The translations under genes and the position numbers were made by a program. This document shows positions 36,631 through 45,642 of a stretch of 64,000 bases of DNA, one piece after another. Location: positions 22,379-86,378 of the forward strand of contig DAOULT010000061.1 in NCBI GenBank assembly GCA_034417895.1. Direction: 5' to 3'. Positions within the stretch are counted from its first letter, which is position 1; the number at the start of each line of letters is the position of its first letter. The notes beneath the pieces are model-generated. The model was not told the origin of the DNA, searched no databases, and worked only from the letters and a program-made list of their open reading frames with translations. This DNA comes from Anaerolineae bacterium (GTDB lineage Bacteria > Chloroflexota > Anaerolineae > CAZYHC01).

Positions 36631-36814
36631 CTATGGGGGTATAATTAAATTAGCCTACAATGTCATGGAGTGCCTGAAAGAAAAGAAGCTGGAAGCAAAC
36701 TGCGACCTGTCTCTTGATAAGGAGGTGATGTCTATCAGTTGTACTGTTGATAAGTGAAATGGTTTGTAAACCACCTGTTCACAAATCTTTCGAGGAGGAA
36801 GGAGGATTTAGAAA

Positions 36815-38155
36815 ATGCTGGATGGTAAAATCAAGCGCAGAGATTTCTTGAAACTGAGCGCGGCCACTATGGCCACCATGACCCTGGGCCGCTCATTGGC
36901 TTTTGCTCAGCCGCTCTCGCTCTGGATGAACACCCTGTTTCATGGCGGTGACGCCCAGGCCATGGAAAGGATCATCCAAAAGTTCAACGAGGAGCAGAAG
37001 GAGCAGGCGTTCATCTCCCTGACGCAGGGCCAGTGGGAGGTGTACTACAGCCAGTTGTTCAACTCCGTGGTGGCTGGTAATCCGCCCCAGATTGGCATCT
37101 GCCATACCACCAACCTGCCTGAGGTGGATGCCGCTTTGACCCACCTGGAGGAATCCCCGGCGGGCAATCTTCTGGAGGTAGCGGGGATCGAAGCCGACAA
37201 TTATCTCCCCGCGCTGTGGGAGGGCGGGGTGTACAACGGGGTGCGCTACCTGATCCCGCTGGACAGCCACATGTGGGGGACGTGGTACAACAGGAGCCTG
37301 TTCGAAGAAGCAGGGCTGGACCCGGATAACCCTCCCGATAACATGGAGGATTTCGAGGCGGCCTGCAACGCCATCATGGAGACGGGCAAACGCGCCTTCT
37401 TCGCCGCCGACCTGGGGGCCCCCAGACACATCCGCCGCGCCTGGTGCATCTTCCTGTGGCAGATGGGCGGCGAACTGTTCGACGAAGGTTACACCAAAGC
37501 CACCTTCAACGACGACATCGGAGTGGCCGCCCTGGATTTCCTGGTCAGCACGGTCACGCCCACCGATGGCAAGGTGATGGGCACCGACACGCCGGGCAAG
37601 GGCTGGAACGAGCCAGGCTCCGACGGCAACAAGCAGTTTACAGCCGGCGAACTGGGGATGCTCTGGGTCGGCAACTGGTTCTACTGGACGGCTAAGGAAA
37701 GCGGCGTCGATTTCGACTTCCACTACATCCCCAAATTGTTCGATAAACGGGTGACGTGGGGCAACAGCCACAACCTGGTCATCCCCTTGCAGGCCAGCGG
37801 CGTCTCGGACGAGGTATACGTCGCTGCCATCAAGGCCATCAAGTGGATCAACGAGAACTCCGATATCTGGGGCATCTACGGCGGACACATCCCCGCTTAC
37901 AAGCCCGTGTTCGAGAGCGCAGAGCTACAGGCGTCCGACACCTGGAAGACGTGCCTCAAGAAGTTCGTCGATATGGCCGCCGCCGAAGAGGATGGCGGCC
38001 TGGACGCCTTCCGCTACGACGTCTTCCACCCCAAGATTTCCAAGATTCTGGCCGCCATGGACCCGCTCATCGAAGAAGCTTTCAACGGCACGATGTCCCC
38101 GCCGGACGCTTTAGCCCAAGCCGAAGAGAACGTGAACGCGGTGCTGGCCGAATAA
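36815..38155 (+). CDS. Sugar ABC transporter substrate-binding protein (family 1) with a Tat/Sec signal
   Basis: The N-terminal signal is RRDFLKLSAATMATMTLGRSLAFAQ. It is followed downstream by two permease genes. Confidence 0.85.
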   Translation: MLDGKIKRRDFLKLSAATMATMTLGRSLAFAQPLSLWMNTLFHGGDAQAMERIIQKFNEEQKEQAFISLTQGQWEVYYSQLFNSVVAGNPPQIGICHTTNLPEVDAALTHLEESPAGNLLEVAGIEADNYLPALWEGGVYNGVRYLIPLDSHMWGTWYNRSLFEEAGLDPDNPPDNMEDFEAACNAIMETGKRAFFAADLGAPRHIRRAWCIFLWQMGGELFDEGYTKATFNDDIGVAALDFLVSTVTPTDGKVMGTDTPGKGWNEPGSDGNKQFTAGELGMLWVGNWFYWTAKESGVDFDFHYIPKLFDKRVTWGNSHNLVIPLQASGVSDEVYVAAIKAIKWINENSDIWGIYGGHIPAYKPVFESAELQASDTWKTCLKKFVDMAAAEEDGGLDAFRYDVFHPKISKILAAMDPLIEEAFNGTMSPPDALAQAEENVNAVLAE

Positions 38156-38175
38156 TCCAGACAGGACGAAACGGA

Positions 38176-38207
38176 GAGGCCCGGCCATCTAATATTGGCC
38201 GGGCCTC
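38176..38207 (+). terminator. Strong 12-bp hairpin after the binding-protein gene (attenuator/terminator-like; weak U-tract)
   Basis: GAGGCCCGGCCA-tctaatat-TGGCCGGGCCTC then CTTAAAGGCAGATTT. Confidence 0.4.
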
Positions 38208-38224
38208 CTTAAAGGCAGATTTCA

Positions 38225-38452
38225 ATGAAAATAGACGAGCTTGTGGAATTCTTCGATACCCACGATATGGGCGAGTATTGGGATCAAATGCCTGAAGCTC
38301 ATTTCGATATTGACATCAGGAGCAGAAGGCATATCTTCACCATTGACGCAGAGATCGCCGATAAATTGACCGAGATCGCTAGGTCGAAGCAGATACCTTC
38401 CGAGGCGCTCATCAATGAATGGTTGAGAGAGAAAATCATGGGAGAGGTCTGA
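38225..38452 (+). CDS. BrnA/CopG-like antitoxin-family small protein (orphan)
   Basis: ELVEFFDTHDMGEYWDQMPEAHFDIDIRSRRHIFTIDAEIADKLTEIARSKQIPSEALINEWL matches the BrnA-type antitoxin pattern (EFWDTHD ... ribbon-helix-helix). No RelE/BrnT-like partner is adjacent. Confidence 0.5.
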   Translation: MKIDELVEFFDTHDMGEYWDQMPEAHFDIDIRSRRHIFTIDAEIADKLTEIARSKQIPSEALINEWLREKIMGEV

Positions 38453-38458
38453 AGAGCG

Positions 38459-38668
38459 ATGGAGCAGGTGAAAGTATTCTACGACCGGGCAGGCAACACA
38501 CTCACGGTCTGGTTTGGCGATCCTGAAGATGAATACGTCTGCGAAGAAACCGGCGATGAGGTAATCTTGATGAAGGATCGGACAGGGCGGGTGATCGGCT
38601 TCGAGAAGCTCAACTTTTCTCTGCCCACCTCGGAAAAATTACGGATTGCATTTGAGGCCGTCGGTTGA
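38459..38668 (+). CDS. DUF2283-family small protein (copy 2)
   Basis: MEQVKVFYDRAGNTLTVWFGDPEDEYVCEETGDEVILMKDRTGRVIGFE. Confidence 0.6.
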   Translation: MEQVKVFYDRAGNTLTVWFGDPEDEYVCEETGDEVILMKDRTGRVIGFEKLNFSLPTSEKLRIAFEAVG

Positions 38669-38683
38669 TAGTGGAAGGGGGAT

Positions 38684-38938
38684 ATGGCTTCCAACCTGAT
38701 TTGTTCGTTGCGGGGGCATGACTGGAGTGAATGGACTGAACAGTCTCCAAACTCGTGTGATTGGGTCAGGATTTGTCGTCGCTGCGGCGCTGAGGAGAGA
38801 CAGCAGCACGACTGGAGTGAATGGCAGTATCGTGGTTTTGTGAGAGTTGGCGATTGGGAGCACGAGTTGCCGACCGAAGCGTTCAGGACCTGTCGTCGCT
38901 GTGGGGCTGAGGAAAGTCGTCAGATGTCTTTCTGGTAG
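38684..38938 (+). CDS. Small Cys-rich protein with an internal duplication (HDWSEW ... CRRCGAEE, twice); putative zinc ribbon
   Basis: Two repeats of about 40 aa each end in a CRRCGAEE CxxC motif. No family is recognised. Confidence 0.4.
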   Translation: MASNLICSLRGHDWSEWTEQSPNSCDWVRICRRCGAEERQQHDWSEWQYRGFVRVGDWEHELPTEAFRTCRRCGAEESRQMSFW

Positions 38939-38952
38939 TTATATCGTGGTGA

Positions 38953-39774
38953 GTGAGGTTCATCCGTATGGAAAGTGAGCAAACCGTGAAGCAACTTGAC
39001 AACCTTCTATCGCCGAACCAACGGCAGGCTTTGGCCGAGGTGCGTCGCAGGCTGTTGGGCGATCCCGATATCGAAGTCGAGGAAATCGTGCTGTATGGCT
39101 CCGTCGCCCGCGGGGAGGCGGATGAGGAATCCGATCTCGATCTGCTGGTGGTGACGGCCAGGCCACTCAGCCGGACTGAAAGTCACGAGAAGATAACCCA
39201 CGTTGTGTTCGAGGTGAATCTACGTTTCGACACAAACGTCAGCACCCTGGTAGTTGATCGCCACGAGTGGGAGACTGGTCTTATAGCGGTTCTGCCCATT
39301 CGAGAAGAAATCCTGCGCGATGGTGTACCATATTTCAGGCGAAATCCTTCGAGACGGAGTATCAGTATGAACACTGATGAACAGCGCGCCGAAGCAGTGC
39401 GCCGCTTTTGGGCCATGGCCCAGGAAAGCCTGGCCTCTGCCAGGCTCGTACTCGAAGCTGGTCATTATACATCCGCCCTCAACCGCATTTACTACGCTGC
39501 ATTTTATGGAGTGAGTGCTGTGCTTCTTGAGCGTCGGTTGTCTTTCAAAAAGCATTCTGGAGTTCGCACCGCGCTTCATCGAGATCTTATCCAGCCTGGA
39601 TTACTTGATTCAAAGTGGGGCAAGTTTTACGACGATCTTTTCCGGGATCGTCATGCAGGGGATTACAATGCGTTCGCTTCATTCGACCGCGAGTACATAG
39701 AGTCTCACCTTGCCCGCTGCACCCGGTTCCTGGCCGAACTTCGTCCCCTGATCACCTCGTTACCGCAGGAGTGA
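38953..39774 (+). CDS. Fused minimal nucleotidyltransferase (MNT) plus HEPN domain protein
   Basis: The N-terminal nucleotidyltransferase motif is LYGSVARGEADEESDLDLLVV. The C-terminal HEPN domain is LESARLVLEAGHYTSALNRIYYAAFYGVSAVLL ... RDRHAGDY. Confidence 0.75.
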   Translation: MRFIRMESEQTVKQLDNLLSPNQRQALAEVRRRLLGDPDIEVEEIVLYGSVARGEADEESDLDLLVVTARPLSRTESHEKITHVVFEVNLRFDTNVSTLVVDRHEWETGLIAVLPIREEILRDGVPYFRRNPSRRSISMNTDEQRAEAVRRFWAMAQESLASARLVLEAGHYTSALNRIYYAAFYGVSAVLLERRLSFKKHSGVRTALHRDLIQPGLLDSKWGKFYDDLFRDRHAGDYNAFASFDREYIESHLARCTRFLAELRPLITSLPQE

Positions 39775-39779
39775 CATTA

Positions 39780-40685
39780 GTGTTCAACAAGGTATCATCC
39801 TTCCTGAAAAGAACAGGCATCGCCGCCGAGGTGGAGGGAATTTTGTTCATCCTCCCTTACGCCGTGTTCTGGCTGCTTTTCCTGGTCTGGCCTCTCATTT
39901 ATGGCTTTTACATCAGCCTGTTCAAGTGGGACCCTTTGCGTGGCTCGAAGTTCCTGGGCTTCGGCAACTACGCGGCTCTCTTCCGCGACCCCAGGTTTTG
40001 GAACGCTTTTTTCAACACCTTCGAGTTTGCCCTCATTGCCATTCCTTTGATCGTCGTCCTGGGGCTGGCCTTCGCTCTGCTGATGAAAGGGGCCAAGGTT
40101 ATAGGCAGCCAGTTTGTAGAGGCCAGTTTTTTCTTCCCCTACCTGCTGACCGTCTCCATCGTAGCCATAGTATGGGAGTGGCTTTTCGACCCCGACTTTG
40201 GCCTGATCCTGGAATATCTGTCCGGTTTGGGGCTGAACCCGCCGGTCTTTTTGAACGATAAGCTGTGGGTCATACCGGCCATCGCCTTTACCACGGCCTG
40301 GTGGCTGGCGGGCTACAGGATGGTCATCTTCAGGGCCGCCCTGGAGGACATACCACAGGAATTATACGAAGTGGCCGAGCTGGACGGGGCCACCTGGCTG
40401 CAAAAACTGTGGTGCATCACCCTGCCGCTACTGAAACCGGCCATCTTATTTGCCGTGGTCCTGACTGCCATCTCCGGGTTCAGGGTCTTCGGCCAGGTGT
40501 TGATGATGACCGATGGCGGGCCGGGCACGGCTTCTGAGGTATTGGCCCTCTACCTGTACCGCTACGGCTTCACTTTCCTGGAGATGGGCCAGGCAGCGGC
40601 CACCGGCTTCGTTTTGCTTTTGATCGTGCTGGCCGTAACTTTGATCAGCTTCAGGCTACTGGGCTTTGAATCAGAATTGAGGTGA
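39780..40685 (+). CDS. Sugar ABC transporter permease (MalF-like)
   Basis: The ORF track starts at 39615, overlapping the previous gene. The likely start is GTG 39780, which follows the stop of the MNT-HEPN gene. It has 6 transmembrane helices. Confidence 0.8.
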   Translation: MFNKVSSFLKRTGIAAEVEGILFILPYAVFWLLFLVWPLIYGFYISLFKWDPLRGSKFLGFGNYAALFRDPRFWNAFFNTFEFALIAIPLIVVLGLAFALLMKGAKVIGSQFVEASFFFPYLLTVSIVAIVWEWLFDPDFGLILEYLSGLGLNPPVFLNDKLWVIPAIAFTTAWWLAGYRMVIFRAALEDIPQELYEVAELDGATWLQKLWCITLPLLKPAILFAVVLTAISGFRVFGQVLMMTDGGPGTASEVLALYLYRYGFTFLEMGQAAATGFVLLLIVLAVTLISFRLLGFESELR

Positions 40686-40695
40686 GAGACAGGCA

Positions 40696-41523
40696 ATGAA
40701 GGAAGGGGTGGCAAAGAAGGTCCTCAAACACCTGTTTTACTATGCCCTGGCGCTCTTATGGCTCGTTCCTATACTATGGATGGCAGATACGGCTTTTAAG
40801 CCTTCGCCGGAGATATTTGTCCACCCGCCCAGGTGGCTCCCTTCTTACCTTACCCTGAAGCACGTGCGCGGCATCCTGACCGACTGGCCTTTTGTCGAAT
40901 GGGTGATAAACAGCTTCGTGGTAGCCAGCAGCGCCACCCTGATATCCCTGGTAGTCTCGGTCTTGGCCGGGTTTTCCTTTGCCCGGCTGCGCTGGCGGGG
41001 ACGGGACATCATATTTGTGATCTTTCTAAGCTCCATGCTGATACCCTGGGAGGTCGAGGTGGTGCCCCTGTATTTCATAATGAACAAATTTCGCCTGCTC
41101 AACACCCGGCCTGGGGTTTTTCTTCCCTTCGTGGCTATGCCCATCGGCATTTTCCTGCTCAGGCAGTTTTTCATCAACATCCCCGTAGAGCTGGAGGATG
41201 CGGCCCGGATAGACGGCTGCGGCAGCCTGGGAGTGCTGTGGCACGTCACTTTGCCGGTGTCCAAACCGGCGCTGGTGGCTTTAGGCATCTACATGTTTAT
41301 CTTCTCCTGGAACGAGTTCTTGTGGTCCCTGATTTCTTTGCAAAGCCCGCAGATGTTGACCCTGCCCATTGGCCTGAAGCTCATTCGTGGGGTGCACGAT
41401 ATGGAATATGGTCTGTTTATGGCCGGCTCCTTCCTGGCCTCCTTACCGGCTTTGCTGATATTCCTGGTGCTTCAAAGGAGGATCATCAAAGGGATAGCCA
41501 TGACCGGCGGCATCAGAGGGTAG
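40696..41523 (+). CDS. Sugar ABC transporter permease (MalG-like)
   Basis: The EAA loop is EDAARIDGCGSLGVLWHVTLPVSKPAL. Confidence 0.85.
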   Translation: MKEGVAKKVLKHLFYYALALLWLVPILWMADTAFKPSPEIFVHPPRWLPSYLTLKHVRGILTDWPFVEWVINSFVVASSATLISLVVSVLAGFSFARLRWRGRDIIFVIFLSSMLIPWEVEVVPLYFIMNKFRLLNTRPGVFLPFVAMPIGIFLLRQFFINIPVELEDAARIDGCGSLGVLWHVTLPVSKPALVALGIYMFIFSWNEFLWSLISLQSPQMLTLPIGLKLIRGVHDMEYGLFMAGSFLASLPALLIFLVLQRRIIKGIAMTGGIRG

Positions 41524-43204
41524 GATAAGGCCCGTCAACAAACCTGGACCTCAATTGCCCATCTATCAACTGAAAGACGAATTTGCCGTTGAAGGCGGGA
41601 TCGAGAAAAGGGAAATCCAGCCGGGAGTGGCCTCCCCGACTTTCTTTACGCAAACTGGCGGCCCTGACAATGACCTCTCCTACAGTGACCATATTTTTCA
41701 ACGAGAGAGCCATCTGAAGCTGGCCGGGGCTGGAGAGATAGATGTCACTCAGCCTGTCCTTTACGGCCTTCAATTCCTCCAGAGCTTCCTGCAAGGAAGC
41801 CGCGCTGCGGGCCACCAGCACCTTCTCCCACATCGCCTGCTGAATGCGTCGGTGGGCTTCTTCGGCGCAGAAGCCAGAGTCTCGCTTCCGCACCGCCTCA
41901 ACCTCTTTTTGGGTCTGGGCCAAAAGGGAGGAAAAGTGGTGTTTCTTTTGGGGATGCGAAGCGGCTATGGCCGCCGCCGCCCGTCCGGCTCGCGCTCCAA
42001 ATACCTGGCAGGCGGCGTGCATGTTGCCTCCCAGCCGGTCGGCGCCATGCGGGCCGGCGGCGATCTCTCCGGCGGCGAAGAGACGGGGCACGGTCGTCCG
42101 GCCCTCATCGTCGATGCGCAGCCCGCCGTTGAAGGCGTGGGCGCAGAGGGTGATCTCCAGCAGGGAAGCCTGCGGATCGAACCCGGCAGAAAGCAGCCAC
42201 TCGTACCAGATGCGGGCCAGGGGCGTCCCGATCAGCTCTTCCCTGGGCACATTCCGCAGGTCCACAAAAACGCCCCTCTCGCCCGCCAGCAACCTTTGAT
42301 AAATGGCGTAATCCACGTACCTGGACACGTAGCGAGTGGTGAAAGGGTAATGATAGCCCCGGATGCGCAGACAGTCAGAGGGCTTGAGGCGGGCAGGCGT
42401 CTGTGCGGACAGGAACTCCTGACCGGCCCGGTCGGACAGCGGGGGGTTAAAGACGAAAATCCGGTCCAGAAACAGGCCCCTGTGCAGGGGCGATACCAGG
42501 CCCATCCCAATCTGGAAGAATTCCATGTTCTCTACTTCCGCCCCCGCTTCCAGGGCCAGGGCCTGCCCGTCGGCGGTGATGTCGGGGGTGTTCAGGTTGT
42601 GTCGGAAGAGCTGTCCCGCGCCGCCGGTAGCCAGAATGGTGGCTTTGGCCGGGAGGAGAGAAGCTTTCCCCTCTCTATCGACGGCCACCGCGCCCAGGCA
42701 TTCGCCGTCTTCCTGGATGAGCTTCACCGCCATGCTACATTCGAGGATGGGAATCTGCCGTCGCTCCACCTGGGCGCGCAGAGCCTGGCCGATAGCTTCC
42801 ACCCCACTGACCTGGAAAGCTCGTTTGCGGCTGCTGAAACAACCTCTTATCCTGACGTAAGAGCCATCGGCCTTCTTTTCAAAGGGAAGCCCCCAACGCT
42901 GCAAGTCCTGTACGCGGTCGGGCGCGTCCGCCACCAGCACGCGGGCCAGATGTGGGCTGCACACCCCCTGGGCGGCTTCCAGGATGTCAGCCAGGTGTAC
43001 GTCGGGGCTATCGTTCTCCTCTTCCTCCGTAGAAAAAGCCTGAATGCCCCAGCCCGGACTGAGCGGATAAAAAGAAGAACCGCTGCGCCCCAACAGGCCC
43101 TTATTCAGCAGGAGGACGTTGGCTCCTTCGTCTTTAGCGGCGATGGCGGCCCTTATGCCGGCCGCTCCTCCACCTATGACCAGAACGTCAACTGTTTTTT
43201 CCAT
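41513..43204 (-). CDS. FAD-dependent oxidoreductase of the succinate dehydrogenase/fumarate reductase/L-aspartate oxidase flavoprotein family
   Basis: The N-terminal dinucleotide fold is VDVLVIGGGAAGIRAAIAA. The C-terminus has ESRGGHSR. Confidence 0.75.
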   Translation of the reverse strand: MEKTVDVLVIGGGAAGIRAAIAAKDEGANVLLLNKGLLGRSGSSFYPLSPGWGIQAFSTEEEENDSPDVHLADILEAAQGVCSPHLARVLVADAPDRVQDLQRWGLPFEKKADGSYVRIRGCFSSRKRAFQVSGVEAIGQALRAQVERRQIPILECSMAVKLIQEDGECLGAVAVDREGKASLLPAKATILATGGAGQLFRHNLNTPDITADGQALALEAGAEVENMEFFQIGMGLVSPLHRGLFLDRIFVFNPPLSDRAGQEFLSAQTPARLKPSDCLRIRGYHYPFTTRYVSRYVDYAIYQRLLAGERGVFVDLRNVPREELIGTPLARIWYEWLLSAGFDPQASLLEITLCAHAFNGGLRIDDEGRTTVPRLFAAGEIAAGPHGADRLGGNMHAACQVFGARAGRAAAAIAASHPQKKHHFSSLLAQTQKEVEAVRKRDSGFCAEEAHRRIQQAMWEKVLVARSAASLQEALEELKAVKDRLSDIYLSSPGQLQMALSLKNMVTVGEVIVRAASLRKESRGGHSRLDFPFLDPAFNGKFVFQLIDGQLRSRFVDGPYPTL

Positions 43205-43465
43205 GCTCTCACCTCTCTGGCAATGTTTGATTGTCCCAGGCGCCTTTTAATTATAGCCGCTGTAGGGCGGATTGCCAAATGGGGCAAAAAGTGATAGAAT
43301 TAATGTAGATAGCAGCCCCTGATAGGAGCGGTTTTATCTCAAAGGAGAAGCCTGTCGTGGTCGATAAGGCCCTGGACAGCAGTTTCTTTACCTTCGGGCC
43401 AGGCATATCTGTCGCAGGATTTCCGTTCAGAAAGTTGTGTAATGCGCCAAACGGGTAGATAATAT

Positions 43466-44707
43466 ATGACAGATGAGAACCTACCACAAAATTCAGAAGT
43501 TGACAGCGTGGCTAGAAATCAGGTAGCGGCCCTGAAGACCCTTCAGAGCGTAGCCCAAACCCTGGCCTCCGAGTTGGATCTGGGAAAGTTGCTCAGAGAG
43601 ATCATCCATGCCTCCGTCGAGATTTTGAATGCCACTACCGGCTCTCTGCTCATCTGGGACCGCAACGACGACACCCTGGTCTTCGCTGTGACGGAGGGAG
43701 CCGAGGGCAGGAAGCTCGAAAATCGCCGCATCTCCACCCGTGAAGGTCTCGCGGGCTGGATTTTCACCTTCCGTCAGCCGGTCATCGTCGATGACGTGAG
43801 CAAGGATGGCCGATTCTTCAGCGCCATCGACGAGAGCGTGGGCCACCATACCACGTCGTTGATCGGCATCCCCCTTATGACCAAGGGAGAGATGATAGGG
43901 GTCATCGAGGTTCTGAACAAAAAATCGGGAGAAAAGTTCCACGAGCACGATCTGGAGATGCTGAGCGCCCTGGCTAACCATGCGGCCATTGCTATCAAAA
44001 ACGCCCGTCTCTACCGTGCTCTCCGCGAGGAGAGGGATCGCCTCATCGACGTGGAGGAAGAAGTGCGCAAGAAACTGGCCCGCGATCTTCACGATGGTCC
44101 GGCCCAAACTCTGGCCTCCATACTGATGAGTATCGATTTTATCCGGCAGGCCCTGGAGAAAGACCCCTCCCAGGCAGAAGCAGAACTGGAGAGCCTCGAA
44201 CAGGCAGCCAGGAAGACCCTGCATCAGGTGCGCAATATGCTTTTCGAGCTTCGCCCCGTCGTCCTGGAAGCGGAGGGCCTGGAAGCCGCGTTACGGGCCT
44301 ACGTAGAACGCCTGCGCGAAGTCGATGACATGACTATCCATCTCAGTCTGAAGGGACTCGAAGAACGAGTGCCGCCCAAAGTCGAGGAGGTCAGTTTCGC
44401 CATCGTCCAGGAGGCTCTTAGCAACGCCAGAAAACACGCCCAGGCCCGCAACGTCTGGCTGACGGTCAATCGCAGCGAAGAAACGCTCAAGGTGGTCATC
44501 AAGGACGACGGAATCGGCTTCGATATGCATAAGATAGGGCAAAAATATGCCGAAAAAGGAAGCCTGGGACTACTCAATATCCGGGAACGGTCCGAGATGT
44601 TAGGGGGGCAGGTTTCCATCAAGTCGAGGCCGGGCAAGGGCACTTCAGTCACCCTGGTCGTTCCCTTATATCAAAAAGGTTCTGATCACAAGTCATCAAC
44701 GAATTAG
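43466..44707 (+). CDS. GAF-domain sensor histidine kinase (HisKA_3 / NarL-type partner class)
   Basis: It has a GAF region, an H-box LHDGPAQTL and a C-terminal HATPase region (GIGFD ... GLLNIRER). Confidence 0.85.
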   Translation: MTDENLPQNSEVDSVARNQVAALKTLQSVAQTLASELDLGKLLREIIHASVEILNATTGSLLIWDRNDDTLVFAVTEGAEGRKLENRRISTREGLAGWIFTFRQPVIVDDVSKDGRFFSAIDESVGHHTTSLIGIPLMTKGEMIGVIEVLNKKSGEKFHEHDLEMLSALANHAAIAIKNARLYRALREERDRLIDVEEEVRKKLARDLHDGPAQTLASILMSIDFIRQALEKDPSQAEAELESLEQAARKTLHQVRNMLFELRPVVLEAEGLEAALRAYVERLREVDDMTIHLSLKGLEERVPPKVEEVSFAIVQEALSNARKHAQARNVWLTVNRSEETLKVVIKDDGIGFDMHKIGQKYAEKGSLGLLNIRERSEMLGGQVSIKSRPGKGTSVTLVVPLYQKGSDHKSSTN

Positions 44708-44771
44708 CGAAGAGGGCTAATCCAGGAATTGGCAAAAAAGAGCGCAGGTCTTGCTCTCAGAGCAAGTCCTT

Positions 44772-44827
44772 TTTTAACCAGATTTTAACCTTATTTTAAC
44801 CAGATAATAACCATAACGTGGTATAAT
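44772..44827 (+). promoter_or_regulatory. Promoter cassette copy D: four phased TTTTAACC/TAACC boxes at 11-bp spacing plus extended -10 GTGGTATAAT, upstream of the receiver gene
   Basis: TTTTTAACCagaTTTTAACCttaTTTTAACCagataaTAACCataacGTGGTATAAT. Confidence 0.45.
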
Positions 44828-44883
44828 GGAAGTGAGGCTTGACCGAAGAGCCGGACAATAACTTTCTGGAGCGGGGGAGAAAG

Positions 44884-45249
44884 ATGAAAAAGAAGGCCAG
44901 AATCATGGTGGTGGACGATAACGAAGCCATGAGGGAAAGCTTCCGGCTGATACTCTCGGCCGAGGGTTATGAGGTGGTCACGGTGGAGCGTGGCCTGCAA
45001 GCCCTGGCCAGGTTGGGGGAAAACTCTTTCGACCTGGTTCTGACCGACCTGGCAATGCCCGGTATGAGCGGTCTGGAATTGTTGGGCAACATCAGAGCCA
45101 TAGCTCCTCAAACAGCAGTGGTGGTCGTTACCGGCCAGACATCGTTGCCCTCGGCCCTGATGGCCCTGCAAAGGGGAGCCAGCGATTACCTCGATAAAAC
45201 TATGAGCGCTGAAGAGATGTTGAGCGTGATCCGAAAAACTCTAAGGTAA
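44884..45249 (+). CDS. Single-domain response regulator (CheY-like receiver only)
   Basis: ARIMVVDDNEAMRESF ... DLVLTDLAMPGMSGLELL. There is no output domain. Confidence 0.85.
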   Translation: MKKKARIMVVDDNEAMRESFRLILSAEGYEVVTVERGLQALARLGENSFDLVLTDLAMPGMSGLELLGNIRAIAPQTAVVVVTGQTSLPSALMALQRGASDYLDKTMSAEEMLSVIRKTLR

Positions 45250-45428
45250 TTGTGCGTCCTCTGTGACTGCTGGCGGTGACTGGTTTTGGGGTTTCATGGT
45301 CGGGCCAGGCACCTACCAAAAATCTGGACGCACCCACACTGAAATTGAAATGTTGACACCTGGCGACTGGTTGTGATATAATGAACGGGTCAAACTCTGA
45401 CAGCGAGAATTTACGAGGAGGTAATGGT

Positions 45429-45620
45429 ATGGAGGTTTTGACTTATCAGTGTCCCGAGTGCGGCAAGACGAGCCAGTTTGAAAATTGGGAAAACTCGCCT
45501 TACAAGGCCGAAGACCAGCCCATCTCTATGACCTGTGGCCGCTGCGCCATGTGGAAAAACTACGAAGTCACCGACGGGAGACCCAAGGGCCTGATCTTCG
45601 TGGTGACTCAGCAGTATTGA
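45429..45620 (+). CDS. Small zinc-ribbon protein
   Basis: GAGGAGG is present 9 nt upstream of the ATG. MEVLTYQCPECGKTSQF ... MTCGRCAMW has two CxxC pairs. Confidence 0.5.
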   Translation: MEVLTYQCPECGKTSQFENWENSPYKAEDQPISMTCGRCAMWKNYEVTDGRPKGLIFVVTQQY

Positions 45621-45642
45621 TCTGCTTGATCGATCTAACTAA

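Noticed and set aside
43205-43465. Divergent intergenic region between the FAD oxidoreductase and the histidine kinase
   Set aside because: It contains only weak -35/-10 candidates (TTGTGT ... TAATAT with a 19-nt spacer) and short palindromes. There is no confident promoter or operator call.
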